Positions 41,160 through 53,569 of a stretch of 64,000 nt of DNA are shown piece by piece. The notes under the pieces were generated by a model. That model worked only from the letters and a program-made list of their open reading frames with translations, was not told where the DNA came from and searched no databases. Origin of the DNA: Camelus ferus (lineage: Eukaryota); assembly GCF_009834535.1 (NCBI RefSeq), contig NC_045697.1:72852001-72916000 (forward strand). The letters are read 5' to 3'. The translations under genes and the position numbers were made by a program. How positions within the stretch are numbered: position 1 is the first letter of the stretch; the number at the start of each line of letters is the position of its first letter.

Positions 41160-43370
41160 TTTTAAACACTTTTATTGTAGTATAATTCCTGTGTAGTAAA
41201 ATACATATTTCAAATGTAAAATTTGATGAATTTTGATAGTTGTATACACCTATGAAACCACCACCACAATTAAGATAGCTATCATTTCCATCACTCCCCA
41301 AGAGGTACAAATTTCAAACTCCTGATTTATCCCTTCTTACCCCCTTTAAACCCTGGTAACCATAGCTTGTTCTCCGTGTTTGTGAGTCTATTTCTGTTTT
41401 GTAGGTAAGTTCATTTGTGGCCTTTTTTAAAGATTCCACATATAAGCAAAATCACATGGTAGTTTTCTTTCTGTTTCTGGCTTATTTCGCTTAGAATGAC
41501 AATCTCCAGGTCCATCCATGTTGCTGCAAATGACATTATTTTATTTTATTTTTATGGCTGAGTGGTATTCCATTGTGTGTGTATACATGTATGTGTGTGT
41601 GTGTGTGTGTGTGTGTACCACATCTTTTTTATCCAGTCATCTGTCAGTGGACATTTAGATTGTTTCCATGTCTTGGCTATTGTAAATAGTGCTTCTCTGA
41701 ACATTGGGGTGCATGTGTGTTTTTGAATTATGTTTTCCTCCAGATATATGTCCAGGAGTGGGATTGCTGGATCATATGGTAAGTCTATTTTTAGTTTTTT
41801 AAGGAACCTCCATACTGTCCTCCATAGTGGCTGTAGCAATTTACATTCCCACCAACAGTGTAGGAGGGTTGCCTTTTCTCCACACTCTCTCCAGCATTTA
41901 TCATTTTTGAACATTTTAATCATGGCCATACTGACTGGTGTGAGGTAATATCTCACGGTAGTTTTGATTTAGTTTTCTCTAACAATTAGTGATATTGAGC
42001 ATCTTTTCATGAGCTTGTTGGCCATCTGGATGTCTTCTTTGGAGAGATGTCTATTTAGGTCTTCTGCCCATTTTTTGATTGGTTTGCTTGGCTTTTTGAT
42101 ACTGAGTTGTATGAGCTGTTTGTATTTTGGAAATTAGTTACTTGTTAGTTGCATCATTTGCAAATATTTTCTCCCATTGTAGGTTGTCTTTTCGTTTTGC
42201 TGATGGTATCCTTAGCTGTGTTGAAGCTTTTAAGCTTAACTACATCCCATTTGTTTATTTTTTGCTTTTATTTCCATTACTCTATGAGCTGGTTCAAAAA
42301 AACTATTGCTGTTTTTTATGCCAAAGAGTGTTCTGCCTATGTTTTCCTTTAGGAGTTTTATAATATCTAGTCTTACATTTATTTCTTTAATCCACTTTGG
42401 GTTTATCTTTGTATATGGTGTTAGAGTATGTTCTAATTTCAGTCTTTTACAGGTAGCTGTCTAGTTTTCCCAGCACCGCTTATTGAAGAGACTATCTTTT
42501 CTCCATTGTATATTCTTGCCTCCTTTGTTGTAGATTAATTGACCGTAAGTGTGGGTTTATTTCTGGACTTTCTATCCTGTTTCATTGATCTATCTATGTG
42601 TCTGTTTTTGTGCCAGAATCATACTGTTTTGATGGCAGTATAGTCTGAAAGTTAGGGAGCATGATTCCCCTAGCTCCATTCTCCTTTTTCAAGACTATTT
42701 TGGATATTTGTGGGGTTTTTTGTGTTTCCATACAAATTTTAACATTTTTTAATTCTAGCTCTGTGGAAAATGTTATTGGTCATTTGATAGAGATTGCATT
42801 GAACCTGTATATTTCCTTGGGTAGTATGGCCATTTTAACAATATTGATTCTTCCAGTACAGGAACACAATATATCTTTCCATTTGTTTATGCTGTCTTCA
42901 ATTTCTTTCATCAATGTCTTACAGTTTTCAGAGTATGGGTCCTTTGCCTCCTTGGGTAGATTTATTCTTAGGTATTTTATTCTTTTTGTTGTGATGGTAA
43001 ATGGTATTGTTTCCTTAATTTATTTTTCTGCTATTCTGTTGTTAGTGTATAGAAATACAGCTGATTTCTCTATATTAATTTTGTATCCTGCAACTTTACC
43101 AAATTCATTGAAGGACTCTAGTAGTTCTTTTTTGTCACTTCTTTAGGACTTCCCATGTACAGTATCATGTCATCCACAAACAGTGACAGTTTTACTCCTT
43201 CTGTTCCAATGTGGATTCCTTTTATTTCTTTTTTTTTCTCTGATTGCTATGGCTAGGACTTCCAAAACTATGTTGAATAAAAGTGGTGAGAGCGGGCATC
43301 CTTGTCTTGTTCCTGATTTTAGAGGAAGTGCTTTCAGCTTTTCACCATTAAGTATGATGTTAGCTGTTGG
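41160..43370 (-). mobile_element. 5'-truncated L1 (~2.2 kb, part of ORF2 RT to 3' UTR) with a chimeric 3' end and TSD
   Basis: ORF2 remnants [40 protein letters not shown] and [14 protein letters not shown]...CWRECGEK...[11 protein letters not shown] core gagaagttggtaca at 41146-41159 and 43371-43384. (TG)12 at 41592-41615. Confidence 0.95.
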
Positions 43371-45049
43371 GAGAAGTTGGTACACTTTTAATATCTGCTG
43401 AGGCTGCCTGCAGTCATGCTGAGCAACCTGCTTCAGTAGTCCAAAATCTCTTTCTTAGTACTGACTGGAACTTTTCTTAATGCTCCTGTAATTAAATTGG
43501 ATAAAAGTTAAGAGGTGTCACTAGTCCTTTTTCCCCATATGTGCTAATTTTTGAAATGTAAGTTTTTCCCTGAATCAGACTCTTTCAGAAGCATACATAA
43601 TGGAATTATAGTAGAAATATGTATAATCTAATAAATAATATACATAGTGCCATAATTGTTATTAATATCTCTATTTTATGAGTGAGGAAGCAAACAGAGA
43701 AGTAATTTGTAACTTAACTGGCAGGACCAGGATTCAAATCCAGATGTTTCAACAGCATAGTCCATAGTCTTAATCACTCACTCTCTAGCCTCAATTTAAT
43801 TGGTAAGTCATTGGAAGAGGCTAATGTGGTTTTCTATGTCAAAACATCACACAGGGAGTGTTAAATAGACAAGGTGGATAAACAAGCAATACACCAGTAT
43901 TTCTTAAAAGCTAACAAAATGAAAAAAAATGTAAAAGGGAACGTATTTCAAAATCATTTACATGTCAATTTATATTTAGTTTATATTACGACATCAATTA
44001 GAAATTTTGAATGGAAATGAGTTCTTATCATTTTCTCACAGAAACAAAGCATCTGTGAGGATATTTCACTCGACACTTTCATTATTAATCTGAAAAATCA
44101 TGGATTCCTGATAGTATCAAATTGCTTGACAGAAAAAGATCAGGGGTTTCTAGGAAACAACAGCCAAATATCTAATAATGATAGAATCTAGAATTTATAA
44201 GATTATGTGATCAAGGGCAGGAAATATTTCTCTTTCTCTCTCTCTCTTTTTCAATTAACAGAAACTCCAATTTTAATTTTACAGTTATATTTTAAGAAAA
44301 ATACATTGTGTAATATATGAATTAAACTGATTTTAACTTGATGCTTAAATATGGGAGAATTATATTAATTTTGAAATAACCCTCACAGTCTCATTATTTT
44401 TGTGGTTTTCTATGGCAAAGCAAAATTCCCAGGGTAGTTGAATCTCTAGGTTCAACATTCTCATAACGTTTTGAAAATGTATTAAATTTATATAAAATAA
44501 GCCAGTATGAGAATCTGAAAAGGCTGAGAAAAATAACATTTAAAAGTCTCTAGGAATAACAACATTTATAAAACAATAAAATGGGAGGCATTATTTTATG
44601 TAAATGAATATACATGATTCTAATCCTAGCATCTCTCCTTTGTACCATTGGTCTTCAAGTGAGGTACATATATTCCATTTAGTGCAAGATTATTCATTAG
44701 GATAGGACATATTCAAACTTTCATTATTTTTATTCTTCAGTCTTATCCTTTAACTGTTTTATGTTGTTGATACATATTTTTAAATTTTCATAATGTATTA
44801 GTAAAGTAGAACCAAGATATAAATTGTGCCTTAATGATTGTGTGTGCACGTGCGTGCGCGTGTGTGTGCCCATGCTTGATGCACTAATTTTTCAATTGGT
44901 ATCTATTATAAAAGATCTTTATGTTGTACTTCCCTTCCTTGTTCCTTTTCTCCCGCTGGCGCGACATTCCCCAGCCACAGAGAAGCTGCCTTGCTTTCTG
45001 CCCCTAACAGATTTCCCCCTGTTGGCTTAAACTAGCAGGACTACAAGGA

Positions 45050-46450
45050 TGCTGGAGTAACAAAGACCACGCTTACTCTCTTGTTTGTGCCATCTTTCTG
45101 AGTCTCAGTGGTAGTATGAAAAGTAGGGTTATGTAATAGACTTTTTCTTTGCTTTAGGAGATTATGCTTATAATTTCCATTCTGCCTGGCAGATCTTTAA
45201 TCCAACCCTGATGTCTTGCATTCTGTTCAGCAGGTATTCTTTGTCCAGAGATTTAAAAATGTATTTCTCCAGAAACTTTAGACTAATAGACTTATTGAGA
45301 TTTTTTCTAGCTTATTATTATGTTAGTATAGATCAAGTATAAGTGAGAGGGGAAACATCTGAGTAGATCATTCTTAAAATGGGAAAATTCTGATCTTAGC
45401 CTTTGCACTGATTACCACTCTTTTTTGGGTGCTGCAGTTTGTTATTTGACAGCAAAAATTATTGCCTGCTGAGCTGTAAATAGGACTGTTTATGAAACCT
45501 TAGAGAGAAACTTGTAAAAAGATGCAGTTTATTTATAGAAATAACTTTTCAGATAAGAGGCTATAGACTCAATTGTTGTCCCTGGGCTTAGAAGAAAGTG
45601 ATTGCTTCATCTACGTAAATAATTTCCTTAGATGGCTGAAGAAATCAAGGGACAGAAAAATCAACTCAAAGTATTCAGAGGCCTCTTATTTTGGAGAGGC
45701 TGTAGAGATCACTTAATCTAAATCCCTTAGAGACCGGAGCAATTGAGTCACCAGGAGTTGACAAGTCATTTGCATTTGTATAGATAAAATGGCTTGGAGT
45801 AGTGAAGAAATTTTTTAAGTATTGCTGGACACTGGTGCTCAATATACTGTCATACCTAGCTAGTAATTGCTAACTAGTTCTTGGGCTTTAATTAAAACTG
45901 CTTCTATTGTTGAATAAAATGCAGTTATTTTGAGACTTGATATACTTATTGTGGCCTATGTTATGTACGTTCATCATCATGACAGGGTGGTAGGTGCACA
46001 GAGTCTTTCCCCAGTAAATGGAAATGGTATATGCAAACACATGCAACAGGGGGAACCACTGAGGGTATTAACCACATAAATGAACATGTAGCTGTTATAC
46101 TTTGAGTCCTACATTAAATATTCCTGAGAAACTATCTAATGTTCTGATTAAGTGAGCCTCTCCCAACAATTATGCAAATATGCAACATGGTTATAGATGT
46201 CTCGAGTGGAAGGTTGTCACTTCATCTGGAAAGTATCTGTACTGTGACTGTTTGATAGTAATATAGCATAGATTTTTAACATTTATAGGGCAATAGCCAA
46301 TGAACCAGCAATATATCTAGAAAATTAGCCGTACATAACTGATGGAAGGAATCTCAGTAGTGCTGACAGAGACAATGGATTATAGATTATGGATTTAGAA
46401 GGGGAAAACTTGCCTATTTATTCATCTGTGAGCATTTGTCCATCATCTAG
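45050..46450 (+). mobile_element. Highly degraded LTR-retroelement internal region with an aspartic protease remnant
   Basis: 45819-45860 translates VLLDTGAQYTVIPS. In the same frame, 45921-45947 translates AVILRLDIL, resembling the ILGxDIL motif. Stops intervene, and boundaries are a guess. Confidence 0.6.
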
Positions 46451-49351
46451 GAAGCTATGGAGGAGTTGGCTGGCTGTCAAACAGGGCTGATAAATATGAC
46501 TCAGTCTCTTTCTCCTCACCCTTTTTTATTTCTTCCCTCTTCAGTATTGCTCCAGCTTCTTTGTTTGATGAGATAGTCTAGTAATTTTGATCTTTAATTT
46601 CATTTTAATATCCCCTGAAGTATAGCTGTTTCAAGAAAATTAATTATCAATTTTCATACACATTATTTGTCTATCTTTTAATATTTTAATCTAGATTTAT
46701 ATATATTGCAAAATTTATTTCTCATCACTCTTTTTTTTCTTAGTCTTACTCCATCTTCAAGTTTCATGGTTGCATTCCACTTTCAGTCTGTAGATACTAT
46801 TCATTTATATTTTAGCTGCCAGTATTATAAAGAATTCTGATGTAAATTTTATTTTTTGGTTAATTTTTTTGTAGATAACATTTTACTTCTGTTTAGAAAC
46901 TTGTGTAATTATTATTTTCTTATTCCTAGAGTTTAGATTTTTTTCAAATTCAGAAATGACATGACCAGCTGTGAGTTTTTTTAATCTTCAAACTTTGTTT
47001 CTTTCCATCTTGAGGCCATTTTCTATTCTTAGCTTAAATTTTTATCCCCCTGCATCTGTGCCTTCCTTTAAAAAAATAACTACTATTATTTATACTTTAT
47101 GTACCATTAATATATTCTCCAATCTTTCCATCTTTTTCTTCATTATATCTATTTATTTACAGTTTTGCTCTGTGATTTAGATATTTCTTCAACTTGATTT
47201 TCCAAGCCATTAACTTAAGTTACAACTGTTTCTGTCTTCTCATTCAGTCCATCTACTGACTTTCTTAGGTGGTAAATCATGTTTTTTGGCTTATTTTTGT
47301 TTTAACTCAAAAAGACTTTTCAACCCACAGCAAATTTTTCTTAATTTCGTTAATCATCATTATCATCGTTTTTAAGTTCAAGTCTCTCTTGTGTTCAAGA
47401 GCCTCTTCCATCAATCCTATTTTGCTGGATATTCTTCTGTTTAACTCATCTTTCTCTCCCTTGGCAACTGGATCTTCCTGAAGCACTAGGGGAAAGCTTA
47501 TTTCCTTCTAATTTTCCATCATAAGAAGCAGAAACAACAGAGTAACTCCTTCAAACTCCTAATGCCCTCTTGGGACCAGAGAGACTAGGCATAGTTGAGT
47601 TGTCAGATATTATTCTATTCCCAATGGCACCTGCGGATCGCTTAGAATAAATTTATGTCCAGATAGTGAATTGTGGCTTTGCAACATAGTATCTCTTTTA
47701 AAGTGGTCTCTAAACATACCCTCTCCCTTGAGTGAGAATACCTATTTTCAATAGAGATTTCAGAACACCTGAATGAAGCAGTCTGAAGGCCTCAGAAACC
47801 ATTTGATTCAAGAGAGAAAAATGGGATGGAGAGAAGGCAGGGAGGAAGTAAGATCTGCCTGTTCGGTTAGTTTTGTTCTCAGAATCCTTTTACGTCTACC
47901 TCAACAGAGCCATCATAAATGAAATTTAAATTCAGGGATATGCTAATACTCTTTTTGAGGGCAGAGAATAAACTTTCTACCTTTTCAAAAAATTTCTTCA
48001 GCATAATAATGTAGGAGATACACAGTGCACAATGTAAGAGCTAAATAAATATTTAATTGACTGTAGAGGCCAGCATTTCAAAATACTACACATGAACATC
48101 ATTCTGTGCTTTATAATTTTTTAAGAAGTTGTTTGTTAAGCCTCTGCTACCGGAACATGAAAGAAATCTCTTCCTCGTGTAGTATAAATCCCTTTAACTT
48201 TTGCTTTTTTTCTATGAATAATAATTTCAAAGAAACTCGTATGTATAAACAACTATTTATATGTAGTTTCTGTATTATGATTTTTGCTTCAAAGCAGAAC
48301 AGAAAAACACATGAAAAATTATATTTTAAATGTATTTTGTATGTTTAAATTCATACCACAATGTGAAAAAAGGGATTCCTCAATAGTTTTTTGAAAAATC
48401 GTCTGAATATATAAAAATCTTTTACTAATATGAATGATTTTTTAAAAATCTGGTATTTCTTTACAGATTTCTTTTATCCATGGAATTGGAACTAAATAAT
48501 ATTTTGAACAAAATCACATTTCCACTAACTTACTAGAATCACTCTACTGAAGGGAGTCATCCGTCAAATAGTAAAGAAAAGAAATAGTAATAAATGCTCT
48601 TGAAGTCTATGATCTCAGAATGCATGTTACCCTTAGCATATACTGTAGTTATAGCCAACTTTATCTCCCCACTTTGTACAGTATTTTGGAAAATGTTTTT
48701 ATGTGATAGCTCCTATTGTAGTTGGTACCCACCAAAGAGTTAGAATATAGACTGCTTATAGTGGAGAGGTATTTTCTTATTAGTTTTCAGAAGCACATCA
48801 CAGAAAAGCAATGTATCAAGTACTACACAACAAAAAGGACGATAGCGAGAAGAAAGAAGCTGTGATAATGCTGTGTGAACTTGCTCTATTTCTATAAATA
48901 TTCAGGGCTTTCAGTGTAAATTTTTTTGGAAACATAGCCTAATGAAATATAAATATAGCTCTACAGACTATATTTATATTTAATTGGCAGGGTCTGATGT
49001 AGTTACAACTGCTATTGGAGGATTTGGGAGTAAGATGAGGATTCTCTTTTTGTGTATGTGGTTTTCTAAGGTTGAAGAAGTAGGAAAGACATTCAGAATT
49101 TGAGTGTGATTATATTTGTAATTGCTCTAAACTATTTGTTTTCTCTCTGTGTTTTTCACCACCATAGAGATGCCATAGAGAATTTCTCTGAATCCTCAGA
49201 GGGGAAAAATAAGAGAAAGAGATTGAGGTTCTATTTTGTCTCTTTAATAAAATTAGATTTTTATCTTTAAAGATTTTATTTAAATGAAAAAAGTCATCAT
49301 TAAAAAGTTTAAAAACACTGCTCAGGAGGACTTGGTAACCTCAAATAAGAG

Positions 49352-49366
49352 AGGTCATGATGACCA
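49352..49366. promoter_or_regulatory. Perfect-consensus estrogen response element (GGTCAnnnTGACC)
   Basis: AGGTCA-TGA-TGACCA; the 13-bp core at 49353-49365 matches the consensus exactly. Function is untested. Confidence 0.5.
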
Positions 49367-49947
49367 ATTCCAGTAAGAGACTGTCTGGATGAGTTGAGTA
49401 GGTAACAAAACCCACTGGTCGGAAGTACAGTTAATTAATTGCTTTTATATTAAAAATGTAAAGTATTAATTTGCATTTTTGAGAGTTGAATGAGCCCAAT
49501 TGGGTCAAATTTATTCTTTCTGGGAAGTGATTTCATGGCAATGCCAATTAATTCCTTCTTCCAGGAGGATATTTAATAGTGTTTTTTAAAAGTGCTTCAT
49601 AGGATTATTACACAGTTGGCTATTATTTTTTTCCACTAAAATAATTTCAGTCATTTTTTTCTAAAGCATGCAGATAAAAAAACAAATTACAGGGAATATC
49701 ACATCCATTGAAGAGTAGCACATATATAAGGTGGAACTCTCAGGTATAGAAAGGCAGAGAGCTTCAGCATAACAAAAATGATTTCATTAACTGCAGAGCA
49801 GTTGATTGTCTTCAATTGGAGAGTTTTTATTTGTCCAAAGCAAAACTTCAGTAGATATCAATAGACAGAACAAACAAACAAACAAAAAAACAGTGCTTAA
49901 AGGCTTTATTTTGAGCAAGAACATAAGCAAATAGTAAGACACTAAGT

Positions 49948-50115
49948 TTATGCTATCTAACACAGTGGCCACCAGTCACATGTGGCTAAGAGAGCCCTTA
50001 AAATGTGGTCAGTACAAATTGAGATGTGTGTTAAGTATAAGATACACACTAGACCTCAAACACTTATTATGAAAAATTAAATTAATACATCTCATTAATA
50101 AATGTATATTGATTA
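49948..50115. mobile_element. hAT-Charlie MITE fragment (MER3/MER33-like)
   Basis: cagtggccaccagtcacatgtggcta...aaatgtggtcagtacaaattgagatgtgtgttaagtataagatacacact. Confidence 0.7.
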
Positions 50116-50759
50116 CAGGTAGAAACAATAGACATATAGGTAAAGGATTATTGTGTTTATTTGTGAGATCAGAAAAATGATACATAAGAGCACACTGATG
50201 ATTAACTTTATATACACACAAAAGAAATTATATGTAACTCAAGCACTCAAATTTGGTTCATTCTCAACAAATATTTTGCTATTTTTAACCCTCTCCATAA
50301 AAGGAGTCTTTCAGATATTGAACTGAGTCAACTTAATCTGATAATTAGAATCAAAAATTCCAGGCCTCGAATGGAATAAATGATTTGAGCAATTTGCTCC
50401 CAGATTTTGGTCAAATGAGACCCTTTTCTGTTTACAGGGGATCAAAGTTTTAATGGCTAACAATAAAGCAATAGACAGTACTTTTGTGTCTCTAAGTTAA
50501 ATTTAACAAGTATTATTGAAAATAATTATGCATACTGCACACTATCTGTCCTTAAGGGAAGTAAAATTAAATACTATCTCAACAATGCAACAATTAATCC
50601 GTTTTTATAATATATATATTTTGGAGCATCTACACTGTGTGGCATTGTGTTAGGAAATATAATATTAAAAGGCCAAATGTATTAAATGCCAAGAGAGGTC
50701 ACACTAAGAATCAGAGATGTGGAAAGTCACATGCATTTTGGTTGCTTACAATACATTTT

Positions 50760-50990
50760 GCGACATTCATGAAGTATTTACTATGTGTCAGGTACTATTC
50801 TAAAGTTTTACATTTATTAACTTATCATTATAACAACCTTATGAATTAGGTATTTGATTATCATCATTTTACAGATGAGAAAATTCAGGCTAAAAGAGAT
50901 TAAATGACATAACTCACAGCTACTTAAGTAGGAGAAGAAGGATCCAAACTCAGCAGTCTGGCTCCAGCAATCATACATTTCACTCTCTGG
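50760..50990 (-). mobile_element. MIR
   Basis: ttactatgtgtcaggtactattctaag...taacaaccttatgaattaggta...cattttacagatgagaaaattcaggct...caaactcagcagtctggctccag. Confidence 0.8.
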
Positions 50991-51359
50991 AAATTGAGAG
51001 AAAGAAATTTACAATGGAGTAGACAGCATGAGTGAGTAGGTCAACAAAAAAACATGTATGTATCTAGGGAACATGAACTGATCCTGCTGTGGGTACTTCG
51101 TTTGTACTGACTCAGATTCTTTGGTTACAACAACATCAACTCTTGCTAACTTAAAACGATGTTTTTTGTTTTGTTTTGTTGTTTTTTTGTTTTTGGAAGG
51201 CTATTGAGTTGTTCACAACATTAATAGAAATGCTTGAGAAAGAGTTTCAGAAATGGACAATATCAGAGCTGTTCTAGATGTTCCAGATTTTACTGCAATT
51301 ATTGATACACTCCATCATTTCCCCCTTGCATCATTCCAATAACTTTGAAACAATATCAA

Positions 51360-52170
51360 TAACGATTCAAAGTATTAGACACTGACTGTGAACCCTGAGT
51401 GAGATAAACTATCAGGACTGAAAGAACTTCAAAGGAATTCTGAACTTTACATGGTAGATTTGCTCTTAATAGTGGTAGTAGTTTTGTAATTATGGAGCTA
51501 TTTTTAAATAACTGTAAGATATAGAAAAACATTAATATTAAGTGTATGTGTAATGAGGGTTCCCCTAATGGGAGAAGGGAGTTACAAACATTGAATGAGC
51601 GAAAATTAGGGGGGACTCAGAATGTTGGGATTGAGTTGGTGGTATCTGTGTGAACTCATGACTTAGTTTCCTTGCTCTGCTCACTGAAGGGACCTAGAAA
51701 CAATAGCATCCTACTATCAGTACATACAATGAGAGGTTAAATCTTGGTTTCTAAGTGCTGTACTCTGCTAAAAGAAACCAGGAATTATTAGAGAATTAAC
51801 AGCTTTCAGAACTGGGGCAGGGAAAATACAGGGAAAACTGTTCTGTCTTATTATGGAGAAAACACAGAGGTGTTCAAAGAATGATAGAATCAGAACAAAG
51901 GGGCAGAGAGCCGACTTGAAGGCGCCTCCACTGGTCAAACTGGGCCAAGTCAGCATCAAAAAATAATCATGATAGTAATGCATAATACAAATAAACTGTG
52001 TCCATTTTAATACTAAAAAAAATGGTGGGAGACAGAGACTGCTTTACATAAAAATGCCAACTAACACATGTGTAAGGAATCATATGGTTAGAAAAGTCAT
52101 CATTTTGTAGTCAGGATGTAATATTTAATTCTGGCAACCACTATCAACTGATGCTCAAATGCTCACAAAA
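51360..52170 (+). mobile_element. Old L1MC-like 3' region fragment
   Basis: ttccttgctctgctcactgaagggacctagaaacaat...ttggtttctaag...aaaagaaaccagg...agaactggggcagggaaaataca. Confidence 0.55.
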
Positions 52171-52756
52171 AGAAAATTCCACATTGTTTATTGCTTCGAT
52201 TCATTGTAGATATTCTTTTAATATGTCTTATGTTCAGACCATTTTCAATTTACTTTATCATAAAATTGATTCCTTGGGAGCTACATGAGTTAAGGAAGGT
52301 GTTGTTCAGTGACTATTCAGCAGTGTTTGGAGAAACCATCACAATAGCTATATTCAACAGCAACAAGGATTCACCACAGAATGATTATTGCCAAATTGCC
52401 AAATGAAAAGTGATAGTGATATTTTCTACTTCACTTCGTTCTTTCAAAAAGAAAGAGCCTCAGACAAGAGCTATAATTTATAAAGCAGAACAAAAATATT
52501 TAGACATTTTATAGAACAAATTGTTATTTCATGTAAGTAATGTAGTCATTAATCAATTAGCTTTGAGTCCCTTTTGCACCTTATAAATGCATTAGATTTT
52601 TAAATATGTGAGCCAGTAATTAAGCTATCTAGCACCTAAATTTATCTACATCTGTATATAGGCACAGGGAGTATAAGGAATGTACATTTTGGCAATAAAT
52701 ATATTTGTTCTCTAGTACTGATAAATATCTGTTTAAAACTCAATAATTTACCTCCA

Positions 52757-53500
52757 CAATGAGATTTCACCTCCCATCTGTCAGAATGGCTGTCATCAAA
52801 AAGAATACGAATAACGAATGTTGGTGAGGATGTGGAGAAGAGAACTGTCCTACACTGTTGATAGGAATGTAAATTGGTGCAGCCACTGTGGAAAACAATC
52901 TGGCAGTTTCTCAAAAAAACTAAAAATAGAACTGTCATATAACCCTGCAATTCTACTCCTGTATATATATCAAAAAGAAACAAAAACACTAATTTGAAAA
53001 GATACGTGCACCCCAATGTTCATAGCAGCATATTTACACCTGAACTTTTGTCCATCAACAGATGAATGGATAAAGAAGTAGTAAGTATATATATCTATAT
53101 ACATACTACAATGGAATACTAGTCAGCCACAAAAAGAATGAAAATTTGCCATTTGCAGAAACATGGATGGACTTGGAGGGCATTATGCTAAGTGAAATAA
53201 GTCAGACAGAGAAAGACAAATACTGTATGGTATCACATACGTGGACTCTAAAAAACACCAACACACTGGTGAATATAACAAAAAAGAAGCAAATTCACAG
53301 ATACAGAGAACAAACTAGTGGTTACCAGTGGGGTAGGGAAGAGGCATTACAGGAGTCAGGGAGTGGATGGTACAAACTGTTGAGTGTAAGATATGCTCAA
53401 GGATGTATTGTACAATGTGGAGAATATAGCCAATATTTTGTAATAACTATAAATGGAAAGTAACCCTTAAAATTGTATACATTTTTTAAATTAAAAAATA
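52757..53500 (+). mobile_element. 5'-truncated L1 of an older subfamily with TSD
   Basis: ORF2 end PFAETWMDLEGIMLSEISQTEKDKYCMVS, and a 3' UTR different from that of the younger copies. TSD tcaataa(t/c)ttacc(t/c)cca at 52740-52756 and 53501-53517. Confidence 0.9.
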
Positions 53501-53569
53501 TCAATAACTTACCCCCATTTTTATACTGAGTATAATCAATTCATGATTGTACTTATCTTAAAAATAATT

